Source of the DNA: Trichoplax adhaerens
Taxonomy: Eukaryota > Animalia > Placozoa
Direction of reading: 5' to 3'
NCBI RefSeq assembly: GCF_000150275.1
Contig: NW_002060945.1
Coordinates: 817,872 to 881,871, forward strand
DNA: 64,000 nt
The position numbers and the translations under genes were made by a program. The first letter of the stretch is position 1. Each line of letters starts with the position of its first letter. The notes beneath the pieces were generated by a model. It worked only from the letters and a program-made list of their open reading frames with translations, was not told the origin of the DNA and searched no databases. Of this stretch, positions 25,140-36,000 are shown one piece after another.

Positions 25140-26560
25140 GGTTCGAGGATATATTCTGGGCATAAACCTTTCTACTCTTTGTAACTAATTGTCAAATACC
25201 ATGTTGACATTTAAATTTGTAATACTTTATTTTTTCTTTCTTACATAATTATATAAATAAACTGGATCACAAGTACAATTTTTCTAGCAGTATCTTTCTT
25301 TCCAGCCTTTGAAGCTATTTGATTTTGATCTGCACCTATTATTGTTAATAACTAGACCGAATACAAATTTTATCAAAGTATAATTACGACGTTCGTTGAC
25401 GACTTTAGAGTTAGCACAAAATTTGACAAGCCTTTTTATGATCAATCTAGATGAGTCTTCAATAATTATTTTACCGTCCTCACATAAAAGGCGTTCTCTT
25501 ATACTACAACCATGAGATTTAAACTTTTAATAGTGCATTAGGTATGAATAAACGTTTACGAATTATCGTATTCATGATGATTGGATAAAATTCTTCATCA
25601 TTTAATAGCTAAAAAAATACCAGCCTTAAAGGAAAATTAAATACAAAAAATTCTCAAGCTAACAACTGTACAGTTCACCGCCTGCCAAGAGCTTCTTTAA
25701 TTTTGACCCCATATTCTACAGAGTCATATTCTAATATAATTTAGAAGCTTTCTTTAGGCACAAGTTTGATAGTTGTTAGATTATGAGTAGTCATAATTTA
25801 AATACCAAGCTAGGATATTAATTGTGTTCTTAATTCATAGTTTCATTAATTTCTTTAATTAAACTTGGATGAAGGTGTGCGTCCCGTTCAACCAAAATAA
25901 TTTCACCACGTTTCATTTTTCCAAGTTCTTACTATCAAATACCCATGACATGGACAACAATTCTAAACGTTTACCAGGAGGTAACTAAACTAAGCATTTA
26001 GTTTATGCTGTAATAAATTAACTCCTAAATTATGGCCTCGAAGTTGCTATTATAGTAATTAGATTCAAATCTTCTCAATTTCACTCTCTTAATATAGATA
26101 TCTAGGGTATAGATAGACAATTATTTTCGAGATCTCGGATATTCAAATCGCTAACCAGTAGCTTTATGTCATACTGCAAAATGTAAATTTACAAAGTCGT
26201 ATATCTATTTAGTAATTCTTACTATTTCAAAACTTTACGGTAGGTAGTAGTAATTAAAGTTTTATAAACTATAGATGCAAGGTATATTATGATCTTAACA
26301 ATATAGTACTAGGATAAGATATGAATATCTTGTCATTAGCCTTCTGTGTATGTTTTGAGTATCCAGGACTTGCTTTGGCACTGATTAGAGGAATCACATT
26401 CTTTTCTCCTATTTTGGTGTAGACTATTTCATCAATTATATTTATGCCACTTTTATTCTTTCCTTTAATATCTGAATGATGTTTTTTCATAAATACAGGT
26501 ATCTTCTTTAACTGCTAGAGTTGGTCTCGGTAATGGCTTTTCGTAATTCTATTATACTAT
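25140..26560 (-). pseudogene. Copy C: heavily decayed ABC-ATPase/TOPRIM pseudogene
   Basis: Remnant motifs: PPGKRLELL (~25960-25980), IILVERDAHLHPSLIKE (~25850-25905), DEEFYPIIMN, KFKSHGCSIR, IIEDSSRLIIKRLVKFCANSK, FVFGLVIN, ERY..EK..CDPVYLY (~25250-25300). KASPGYSK near 26360 resembles CRKPGYL at the ATPase start. Confidence 0.85.
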
Positions 26561-26594
26561 CCAGTATTTACTGCATTGAAACCTTCACGTTGTA

Positions 26595-29500
26595 CTAAAC
26601 ATGAGAAGTCTGCAGCTCTTTAAGTATCTTCACCAAATCGGATGGAATCAAGAAATTTTCATTTCTAAGGAACCTAATCATGTTACTAGCATTTGGCATA
26701 GATTTAAATGTTTCCTTATAGAACATAACTAAATCATGTCCTCTCATTTTTAATATTACTTTAGGATAAGATAAGATTATCTTTTTTTCAAAACTTATTT
26801 GAATTCTATCAGGTATTAGCGTATCCCCATCCTCCAAGAAACTATTTCGTTTTAATCTGCCAATTGCCTTGTTAATACTATCTGCATAGTCGTATAGGCC
26901 TTTTAGCTTGTGATCAAAATCCTTACATTCTGCGTTCATGTTTTCAAGGATAATTTCAATCTTGTGTATTAGCTGGCCTTGGAAATATCCTTGTTTATTG
27001 CCTTGGCTATTACCTTGGGCCAAATTTTGGATATTATTTTGGTCGTTGTCTTTCTCATAACTTTGATTATTGTTTAGCTTACATTTCTGTTTTAAAATTT
27101 TCATATCTTTTTCAATTTTTTGAGCGAATTCCTCATTTTCACTTAATTTACCAGTTAACACTTTTATATTATTCCGGTATGAGATTAATTTTAAAGCAAG
27201 ATCCGCGAAATTTATCGTTTTATTTAATAAGACAAATCCTTCTATTGTTTTAACTAGCTTATCATATATGATATCGATAATGATTTGTAATACGCGAGTA
27301 TTAGTTTTGGTATCACCATCTTCGCAATATTTCGACAAGCGAACAGGATGACTTTTAAGTCCAAGCTTGCTATTCACTTCCTTTTCAATTTCCACTAAGT
27401 TATCTTTCTTTCTAAAATAATAATATAAATAAACCGGATCGTAAATATAGTTTTCCAAGCTATATCTATCTTCCAAGCATTTGATGTTATTTAATGTAGA
27501 TTTGCCCATATTATCGTTATCGACGAGCCCGAATATGAACCCTGTCAAACTATAATCTCTATTTTCTTTTGCAATTTTTGGGTCGGCACAAAATCCAACA
27601 AGTCTCTCTACTATCTGCCTAGATGAATCTTCAGTAGTTATGTTTCCGTCTTCATCGGGAGAATGCTTTTTTAAACTATAACCATGAGAATGAAACTTTA
27701 ATGGTATGCTTGGAATAAATAATTGTTTCTGAATTAATTTGTTTACGATCATTTGGTAAAAATGTTCATCATCTGTAGCTTCAACGAAAATTAACCTAAA
27801 AGGTAAACTGACATGTACAAACTCTGAAGTTAATAGCTGTATCGCTTGCTCCTTGCTTTTTGCCTTTTCAATCTTGACTTGTTTCCTTCTAGAGCTATCT
27901 TCAGAAATAATATAGATGCTATCCTGAGGTACAAGACTGACAGTTGTTGGACTATGAGTAGTCATAATAATTTGAATATCAAGCTTAGATATCAATTTAG
28001 TTTTAATAGTTTCGATCATTTCTTTGACTAAGCCAGGGTGGAGGTGAACATCTGGTTCGTCCAGTAAAATGATTGCACCTACATTACTTTTTTTCCAAAC
28101 TTTTGTTTCAAATCGCCATAATAGGGTTAGTAATTCTAAACGTTCACCAGGAGATAGATCCTCACTTTTAATGTTTTTGGAATCACTCTCTATATTTAAC
28201 ATTAACTGACTAAACTTATCATTTTCCAAACAATCATTAGATAAAATATATTTAAAACCATTTCGGTTTAAATGATCATTTAAATCTTGTAACTTGGTAC
28301 CATTTTCCAGTAAATATTTTGGGTATTGGTCCAGAGTGGCATAGGATGTTAAGTGCAAGCCTACTTGGCCATTAATGCACTCTTCTAATTCATGATCAAA
28401 TATTGTTTGATAATCGCGGCCTAAATTCTCAATTGATGAAAATTTATCCATATCATCAACTTGTTTTATAATCTGGTCAAAAAGACTTTCATATTTTGGA
28501 AATTTCAAAGTGTATGGCTTTTGTTCTTTCTTGGATTTATTATAAAAAATTAAATCCAAAGCTAGGTCATTTGAGTTCTCGGATGCCTTGTAAGAATCTC
28601 CATAAGTTCTCATACTACTGCCTACAAATTTCGAGTCGGCACTATGAGCATATATCTGAGGCAAGTTGCATCCTGAATCACCGCTAACATCTAATTCAAT
28701 ACCATAATCTTGTTTAACTGATTTATCAGTTTTAGTATCATGTCCTTGTCGTATTGCATCTAGGAGGGCTGTTTTACCGCAACCATTTTTACCTGTAATA
28801 ACGGCTAGCTTAGGAATGTTACGCCAACAGAATGGGGCGTGAAGATTCTTGACGTTAGTCTTATTATCCATAAATTGCATTCGAACCAAGTAGCCTGGCT
28901 TTCTACACTCTTTGTCCGAGAAGCCTTCACATAGCTTAACATTTTTAATTTGAAGGTTATTCTTATGAATTTCTTCAATATTCTTCTTAGCCAAAGACTT
29001 GCATACATTGACTTTTATTATTTGTCCATCTGTTGGCCCATTCGCTACTTCATTGATAATACAGTTGATAGCTTCCATCATCTGTATACCACAAGCGTAA
29101 TTACAGCGATTATTCCGTTTGAATTCTAAGACAACAATATCAAATTTCTTGCCATTCTGATCAATATTTTGCCGAATATCACGTAAATTATCTTCATATG
29201 TTGAATGTGAATCAAAATAAAAGACAGAAGGTTTGGCTCCAATATTTTGCTTAATCACCAATGCTACCCAGTGATTATTTTCGATTTGGATAGGCGCTAT
29301 GATACAGTGTTTATCGTTGCTTTTCATTGATTTTATAATTAGTTTGGATAAGTTGCTGTCTTTAACAGTCATTGCTGACAAAACTTTATACGGAATCAAA
29401 CTGGAATGTAATAAATGTCGTAAATCATCTATGCCCAGGTAACCATCATTTATAACATCTTTATCTTTTTCATCGCTATACTGCCTTTGCTTCGTAAGGT

Positions 29501-31049
29501 TATCGATATGAATTTTGTTTATGTTAGCCATCTTTAAAAAGCGATGAACAGAATCTTTTACCATATATTCAGCTTCACAATTACCACTTATTGCTTGTAT
29601 CATGGCCTTAATAGCTTCTAACATCCACGTACCACAAGTTGCATTTTCTTCCTGTTTTAGCTCTTCTGATGACAAGTCAATGGTATTCCAATTGCGATAT
29701 TTTTCAGTCATAAACTTCTTAACGACACTTTGAGTTTCTGTACTTTGCCCAAGTGAATCAAAGAAGTACGAAGACTGAGAATTCTTATCGATAACCAGTG
29801 CAACCCAGTGATCATTCCTCAATTTGAAAGGTGAAATAGTAAAACGCTTTCGCTTTATGCGGGTTGGAAGATTATCTTTAACAAACGGTTTCCCGTTTAC
29901 AACAATTACTGGTAAGATGTGGTAACTATCTGATTGATCCCAATTTGCTAACAAATCCAGTATGGTCGTATCGTTAAGAAATTTTTGATCTGGCTTTTGG
30001 GAAACTTTACTTATATGGACGTTAAGGGAATGAACTTTCTTGATCTGAATTTTCTTCAAACAGTCACCTACAATCGTCCTAATTTGATTCTCATCAGTAT
30101 TGGCCTGTCTTGCTTGTATAATGATTTTAATCGCTTCTAATAGCAGCGTACCACAAGTGCTATCGTTACTCATTTGCTTACACGGCACCGTAACCAAGTT
30201 AATAAGTTTGGGATTGCTAAAGGACCGATCAACGATTTCTTTAACAACACTAAAGTTTGGATCCTTCTCGTCTAGCGAGCTAAAAACGAATACACTTTGT
30301 TTCGTTTGAAATATTTGATCAATCACCAACACACCCCAATGACGATCCCCAAACCGGATTGGGACAATAATAAAGCGTTTATCCTTATTATGATCTTTGA
30401 TTTGTAAGCAGGCTGGTAATAGAATATTAATCTCTACTACTGGTAATAAATGATACGAAATGAGATACCTGCTATTAAGAGAGTGATCTATGGTATCTTT
30501 GAGCAAGCCGTTGTTCGATGAATTTCTTAGGATTTCCTCATGATCTCCCTTGATATCAGAGTTCTTTAAAGCCTTGCAAATCGATTTCTTTACGTGATTA
30601 ATTAAGTAACTTTCGTCTATAATAGCGTGAATAGCTTCCAGCATTCGTGTGCTACATGTACTTTTATCTTTCTGTAATGGCTCGGTAAATGATAAGTCGA
30701 TAATGTCTGATTTAGGTCCAGCAATAGCTCGTTCGATGATACTTTTAACTACCTGTAATCTATTTTTATTTGTGCCAAGTGAATCAAAATAGAAAAGTAG
30801 TGATTTGAACGGAAAATTTTGCTTGATAATTAATACCACCCATTCTTTCGTTTTAAACACTATAGGGGCAATGATGAAGCGACTTTTACTCTTGATTGAA
30901 AATTTTATTCGCTCGACTAAAAGATTCATTTTAATATTATCGGGAGCATCAACGGCTGGTAAGATATCATCGAAGCTGTCATTGAGAAGGCCCTTATACT
31001 TGGTATATAACAAATAGCCGATATCATCCTTGTTGAGCCACTCGTCCAT
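26595..31049 (-). CDS. Copy D (intact): 4x Ulp1/C48 (CE-clan) peptidase-like repeats - ABC-class ATPase (AAA_21/OLD-like) - TOPRIM/DUF4435-like nuclease with coiled-coil insertion, 1484 aa, intronless CDS
   Basis: Four repeats of (W/F/Y)L..D.I...I.P....HW..LVI...(F/Y)FDS...Q....CG..(M/L)LEAI. Then AVITGKNGCGKT (Walker A), LSPGER (ABC signature variant), ILLDEPDVHLHP (Walker B/D-loop), MTTHSP (H-loop), IFVEATDD and GLVDND (TOPRIM acidic residues), RYSLENY and RGHDL. Confidence 0.93.
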   Translation of the reverse strand: MDEWLNKDDIGYLLYTKYKGLLNDSFDDILPAVDAPDNIKMNLLVERIKFSIKSKSRFIIAPIVFKTKEWVVLIIKQNFPFKSLLFYFDSLGTNKNRLQVVKSIIERAIAGPKSDIIDLSFTEPLQKDKSTCSTRMLEAIHAIIDESYLINHVKKSICKALKNSDIKGDHEEILRNSSNNGLLKDTIDHSLNSRYLISYHLLPVVEINILLPACLQIKDHNKDKRFIIVPIRFGDRHWGVLVIDQIFQTKQSVFVFSSLDEKDPNFSVVKEIVDRSFSNPKLINLVTVPCKQMSNDSTCGTLLLEAIKIIIQARQANTDENQIRTIVGDCLKKIQIKKVHSLNVHISKVSQKPDQKFLNDTTILDLLANWDQSDSYHILPVIVVNGKPFVKDNLPTRIKRKRFTISPFKLRNDHWVALVIDKNSQSSYFFDSLGQSTETQSVVKKFMTEKYRNWNTIDLSSEELKQEENATCGTWMLEAIKAMIQAISGNCEAEYMVKDSVHRFLKMANINKIHIDNLTKQRQYSDEKDKDVINDGYLGIDDLRHLLHSSLIPYKVLSAMTVKDSNLSKLIIKSMKSNDKHCIIAPIQIENNHWVALVIKQNIGAKPSVFYFDSHSTYEDNLRDIRQNIDQNGKKFDIVVLEFKRNNRCNYACGIQMMEAINCIINEVANGPTDGQIIKVNVCKSLAKKNIEEIHKNNLQIKNVKLCEGFSDKECRKPGYLVRMQFMDNKTNVKNLHAPFCWRNIPKLAVITGKNGCGKTALLDAIRQGHDTKTDKSVKQDYGIELDVSGDSGCNLPQIYAHSADSKFVGSSMRTYGDSYKASENSNDLALDLIFYNKSKKEQKPYTLKFPKYESLFDQIIKQVDDMDKFSSIENLGRDYQTIFDHELEECINGQVGLHLTSYATLDQYPKYLLENGTKLQDLNDHLNRNGFKYILSNDCLENDKFSQLMLNIESDSKNIKSEDLSPGERLELLTLLWRFETKVWKKSNVGAIILLDEPDVHLHPGLVKEMIETIKTKLISKLDIQIIMTTHSPTTVSLVPQDSIYIISEDSSRRKQVKIEKAKSKEQAIQLLTSEFVHVSLPFRLIFVEATDDEHFYQMIVNKLIQKQLFIPSIPLKFHSHGYSLKKHSPDEDGNITTEDSSRQIVERLVGFCADPKIAKENRDYSLTGFIFGLVDNDNMGKSTLNNIKCLEDRYSLENYIYDPVYLYYYFRKKDNLVEIEKEVNSKLGLKSHPVRLSKYCEDGDTKTNTRVLQIIIDIIYDKLVKTIEGFVLLNKTINFADLALKLISYRNNIKVLTGKLSENEEFAQKIEKDMKILKQKCKLNNNQSYEKDNDQNNIQNLAQGNSQGNKQGYFQGQLIHKIEIILENMNAECKDFDHKLKGLYDYADSINKAIGRLKRNSFLEDGDTLIPDRIQISFEKKIILSYPKVILKMRGHDLVMFYKETFKSMPNASNMIRFLRNENFLIPSDLVKILKELQTSHV

Positions 31050-31839
31050 TTTTCCGATGGTTTATGTGCAGCCTGAACTTCTACACCTGCCTAAATTAAA
31101 TGGCGATAGGTATAGTTCCAATACTAATTCGACTAGATTGTAATATAAGAGTATGTACTCATATCAACAATTACTGTATAATTATTTAGTCTTTTCATGA
31201 CTTTCATCAACTCTGGTGATGCGGTACAGTAGAATCAATTAACATTTACATCTGAATTGATCCAATCAATGATTGGAATCACGTGCTAGATTACCCGCGA
31301 TTGTCTTAACAAATCTCATCGTACCGTAGATCAAAATTAATATTTACATTTGAATTAATTTAGTGTAATGATTGGTTAGCATATATCATGTTATTCAATA
31401 AATAAGTAAAAGTACAAAATAATCAATATGTCGGTGCCTTTAAATAAGCACTTCCATATCGACACAAATAGTTTATATGCAACCATTTAAGAATGTCGAT
31501 GTATTAACGTAGATCTCCTATTTCTATTTCTATATGACATAAATGAATTTATCATCATTCTTCATAACTCGTAATTATAACCATCGATTAGTTTCGAAAT
31601 TTTTCTACATTAATGAACTGACAAGAATAAAATGTACGGTCGTAGCCTGGAAGCGTAAACTGTTAATCAACAAATAGATATATATAATGTCAACTATATA
31701 TAAACTATAAATCTTAAACCTTTACAAATCTCTGAACTAGTTTAAGTAGTTTACAGTAGGATATTCATAGTTATTTGTAAACAATTCTTGAGATATTTAA
31801 GGAAAGCCAATAGTGAAATGATTAATTATTCCCACGATA

Positions 31840-32660
31840 GTCGAAAATGTCTTGCTGTGTCGTCTGATTACTTATTATTTTGAAATTTAAAATAAATCAA
31901 TCGAATTGATGTAAGTGGTTTCTTTATTAAATACTATCACATTATCTGAAAATTCTATCAGAATGACCGATAAATTTATGAATTAAAGTCAATGAAATTA
32001 TTGCTGGCCTCATAAATCGTTTCATATTGACTACTTGTAGGGTAAAGCATTCATCTTTATTGTAAAACTTTTAGGGATTAAATGTGAAATAGAAATTTTG
32101 CAAAGCCTAATTCATATTGCAAAAGTAAAGAGAAACAATTTTTATATTACTTTTGGATCGCTGGTCAGTTCATTTGGTGTTATTTTTTTAGTTCAATATT
32201 TAAACAGAGGCGACACAAACAAGATTAATTGCTGCTAGGCCTTCGGGAATAATAGGATGGCAGATGATAATGTTACTTATAGATTTCAGTAGGAGTTTAA
32301 TCAATGCCGTTCCGAATCTTTCGTAAATATTACATTCATCACCCATCTATTTACATATATCACAATTCAAATCCATGGTTACTTTAATTAAAAAATGGTG
32401 AAACAGATCTTACTAAGCCATGAAGAGATGGGAAAGGAAAAATGTCTACGAATTAATAGAAGATAAAGACTGTATATTTTGAAAAAAATATTACGTAATC
32501 TTATCCTAAAGCGACATGAAACATAATAGTTAAGCTCTATAAGTTGATCTTTGCAACCTTATCAGACAAAATAAAACAATTAACGATTTTCTTTAAAGAA
32601 GCATTTGTGATGCCTATCGAAGTAATAAACTTATTTAAGTAGCTTGTAAAATCTGAAATT
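31840..32660 (+). pseudogene. Opposite-strand relic of the TOPRIM-containing C-terminal half
   Basis: The + frame gives VENVLLCRLITYYF...KCEIEILQSLIHI (cf. ETKIDILQAIIDN). At ~32470-32645 it gives YFEKNIT*SYPKAT*NIIVKLYKLIF...FKEAFVMPIEVINLFK*L (cf. SFEKKIILSYPKVILKMRGHDLVMFYKETF...ENFLIPSDLVKILKEL). Confidence 0.65.
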
Positions 32661-32879
32661 TACAATGGCAATCCATCAATGAACTCGAAAAACGGAAAGG
32701 AACAACCGACAGCGAAGATCTTCCCTCTGCACGCGAAAGTAAAAAACTAAGTACTAGTTTGATCGATGCGAATAACACTGAACTCGTTGTACCTGCAGAT
32801 ATTTTTATTCCGTCAAGAAATAGGATGCATTATGAAATAGACAATTATCAAAATGAAATTTACTAAATTAAGATAAACT

Positions 32880-33010
32880 ACTGATACAGCTTTGTTGTGT
32901 TTGGCTGTTTCTAATTAAGCTATTCCCAGTTCGTGTTGCATTGCCTTTTCAATCTTAATCTTATGACAGCGTTCCCGTACCCAATATTCTAACATATATA
33001 ATTACATAAC
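32880..33010 (-). pseudogene. Small relic of the ATPase-TOPRIM linker
   Basis: The - frame reads YMLEYWVRERCHKIKIEKAMQHELGIA*L (cf. IYIISEDSSRRKQVKIEKAKSKEQAIQLL). Confidence 0.45.
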
Positions 33011-36000
33011 GATACTTTAAGGTTTCTAGTACCCTCAGATATGATAGGCTTACAAAAGATTCTTTATAGCACTTCGTAAATGAACAGCAAAAGTCTAACA
33101 TATGTAACTTAAAGCAAATCCTATCGGTAACTGTTGTACTCCAATATTAATTGATGCTTAAGATCAAATACGTTTTAATGACTATTTGAAGTGATTTCTG
33201 TGTTATCGCTTTCTCATTATGACGAGCTATTAAATACACTTTAATCTTAAGAATTCCACTTTAGTCTATGGAATTACTGAAAACAATACAGCAGTGTAAT
33301 TCAGCAACGAAGCTATGATTTGCGTGGTTAACAAAATACAAATAATAATGTTTAGCCGGAAAATATCCAGTCTTTATTAGGCTTAACTTATCCATTAGCG
33401 CAATGATAAATCTACATAATACTGTACCTTCATTAAACTATTAAAGTAAGCGAAATTGTAATAATATATTAAGGACATTATATAATGAAATTAATACGAC
33501 ATAATATATAAACTGCCATAGATGACTTGAGTAATTGATTATTGGGTTTTATTAGTTGTACGTTGACTTATCAAAGTACATTACATCAAATTAAGTCCTT
33601 AATTTAACGGCTTGGAGTTTTATAGCTAGTGTTATAGTAGGTATTAGTCAGTCTTATAATGGAGGTCTTACACCAGTTTCAAAGCGTTTCTGTAAATCCA
33701 GAAGCCATAATATCGATGCAGATATTCATAAGTAAAAGGAGAATTCAACAAAAACAAGGATAAATAATGCATCTTATGCGTATATGTTAAGCATAAATTT
33801 TGGTTAATGGATGGAAAAGGCCACTGGCTTTAGACTATCAGTAAAAATATGCTAACCAAGACTCACTTTTCAATCTTATTTCTATGTTACTGTATCCGGT
33901 ATCAAAGGGAAATCAAAAACAATTGCAATGCTGCGAGGTGCGATGCAAAACACTAATGCATAGTACAACATTCTATAGCCAAAGACTTTTTTCCATACAG
34001 TGGTGCGAGTAGGAAATTCTTGTTGCACTCAGCTGCTGCAGCTGCAAGTATCCATCCACATCTTCAATTCAAAAATTAAAGGGAAAAGTATGTAAAATGT
34101 ATTTCAATCCTTTGCCTACAAATCTTTTCGCTCTATTTTACAACAAACTATTCTTTAACAATCTTACTCCTGTAACAGTTCTGTAAGGATTATTTACCAA
34201 ATTTTGTTCGAATCCTTGGAGTTTTACTTAATAGGTTTAACTTACAATTGTAGCTTCTAGTGTTTTGCATTTGAACAAATGCAGTACACTGGTAGCTTCT
34301 ACTTTGACGATTATAACACATTTTAATTACACAAATTGTACTTTCTCAGTTCTCTCGTTGGGCATGATCTTATCCTCAAATAAAAGTTGTACACCGTTGT
34401 ATCGTGAGCTATTCTTGGTCTTATAAAACAATGTAAAATTGGTTTTCGTCTCTGGATTTCTATAATTAAACTAGCTCTCTAGTTGTTTATTATAAGCTTT
34501 ATTCCAAAAATGGATACTACTAATCTCTCGTACACTTACATAAAAGGCAGTTAAAAAGCAAGCAATCACCTGCCTAAGAAGCTATAATTAACAATCTAGC
34601 AACCCTATCACTTATATAGATAGAGATCTACTAGCACAGTAGTCTACATGCTTCTATTACGATGTAGTTGAACCATGATAATTAGATTGAATCAACAGGC
34701 TCTTATTTTAAAATTGTAAATCAAACTTATCGTCCTTTTGTACTCCAGAAAGTACAAATCAAAACTGAGGTATAAGAATAATAATTCCTGGACTATAGCT
34801 GTTCATAATAAGTAACTTGAATATATATTTCCAATTTAGTTTATAACCCTTGCCTTTACCGCTACAAAAAGGTGAAAATTATTAGTGACGAGTTATCAAT
34901 TATGATATACTGCCTCATATATAGTACTCAGCAAATTTCGTTAGTCTTTCTTACTGTTACCTAAGAGTAGACGAAATTTCGGTTTAGTTCAGCGGCTATC
35001 TCAATGCATATAATGATTTAAAGGAATGATTAAGTAACGTAGCAGGATTTAGGTGTAAGAGAAGGTTATCAATAAAATAGATGATTAGTTATAAATTGTG
35101 ATTATATTACATAATGCTCAAGCTTAGCTTACTATTAGTCTTCTATTGCTATCTGAAAGAAACTTTATAAGTGCAAGAATATTTCGACTTGATATTCTGC
35201 TACTAAACTGACTAGTATCGGTTGCTTAGGTGGCACATACATATATAATAGCGAAAACTTTTATCGAGTAGAGAGTTCAGTAAAGCGGTTGGTTATCATA
35301 TTGACAGTATACTAATAATATGGACAATAATTATCGTAGAGGAGTTAAGTAAATCTAACAGTTTCAGCTTGTGATAAATTAATTAATAGTATAAACAAAG
35401 AAATTATCGGAAATTTGCACATTGTATCAAAATTATTCCTAGTATATTAATAAAAACCAACAAATTTATAAATTGAGTTTATAAATCTTCAACTTTGCTT
35501 ATAATTTTCTATTCTATTCAGTATCCGTCGCACCACTAAAATGGTCATTGATGAATAATGGAAAATTCTGTATGGTGTAAGTAGTTATAGCAAATACTAA
35601 CGATGCTATTAAAACGAAACGTAAAATCTCTAATTATCAAAATTATGTTATCAGTACACGGATGATTAACTAGTCATAAGTCAAATCTATCTCGCTATGA
35701 GATATTATGAAATCTAGCTGGTATACGGGTATATGATATGAAATAATAATGATGTCATTACTATACGGTATAACAATAAAATAAGCGAGTCTGGTTCAAA
35801 ATTGTCAGCAATCAGTTGCTTTAATATAACATTTAATGATAATTTTCTATTTTAATTTACGCATAGTGATATGTATGCTTTTGAGAATTAAGCTATATGT
35901 TTCATTAACTTTGTAGAGCGCAATGGGATAGACAAAATTAAAAATTTAATTTTCTTCTAGTTTTAGACAGAGAAACAAATATACTAACTGCACCATCTGT

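Noticed and set aside
15260-33010. Bacterial contaminant/endosymbiont contig
   Set aside because: Not favoured: graded pseudogenisation, long AT-rich spacers, no operons or bacterial housekeeping genes, and repeats shared with flanking host DNA (11.4/24.4 kb; 19.6/44.2 kb). Read-level confirmation is still needed.
33780-34030. - strand hydrophobic frame (KKVFGYRMLYYALVFCIAP...) resembling a GPCR TM6 relic
   Set aside because: Short and stop-ridden, with no other transmembrane segments recognisable; cannot be supported without a search.
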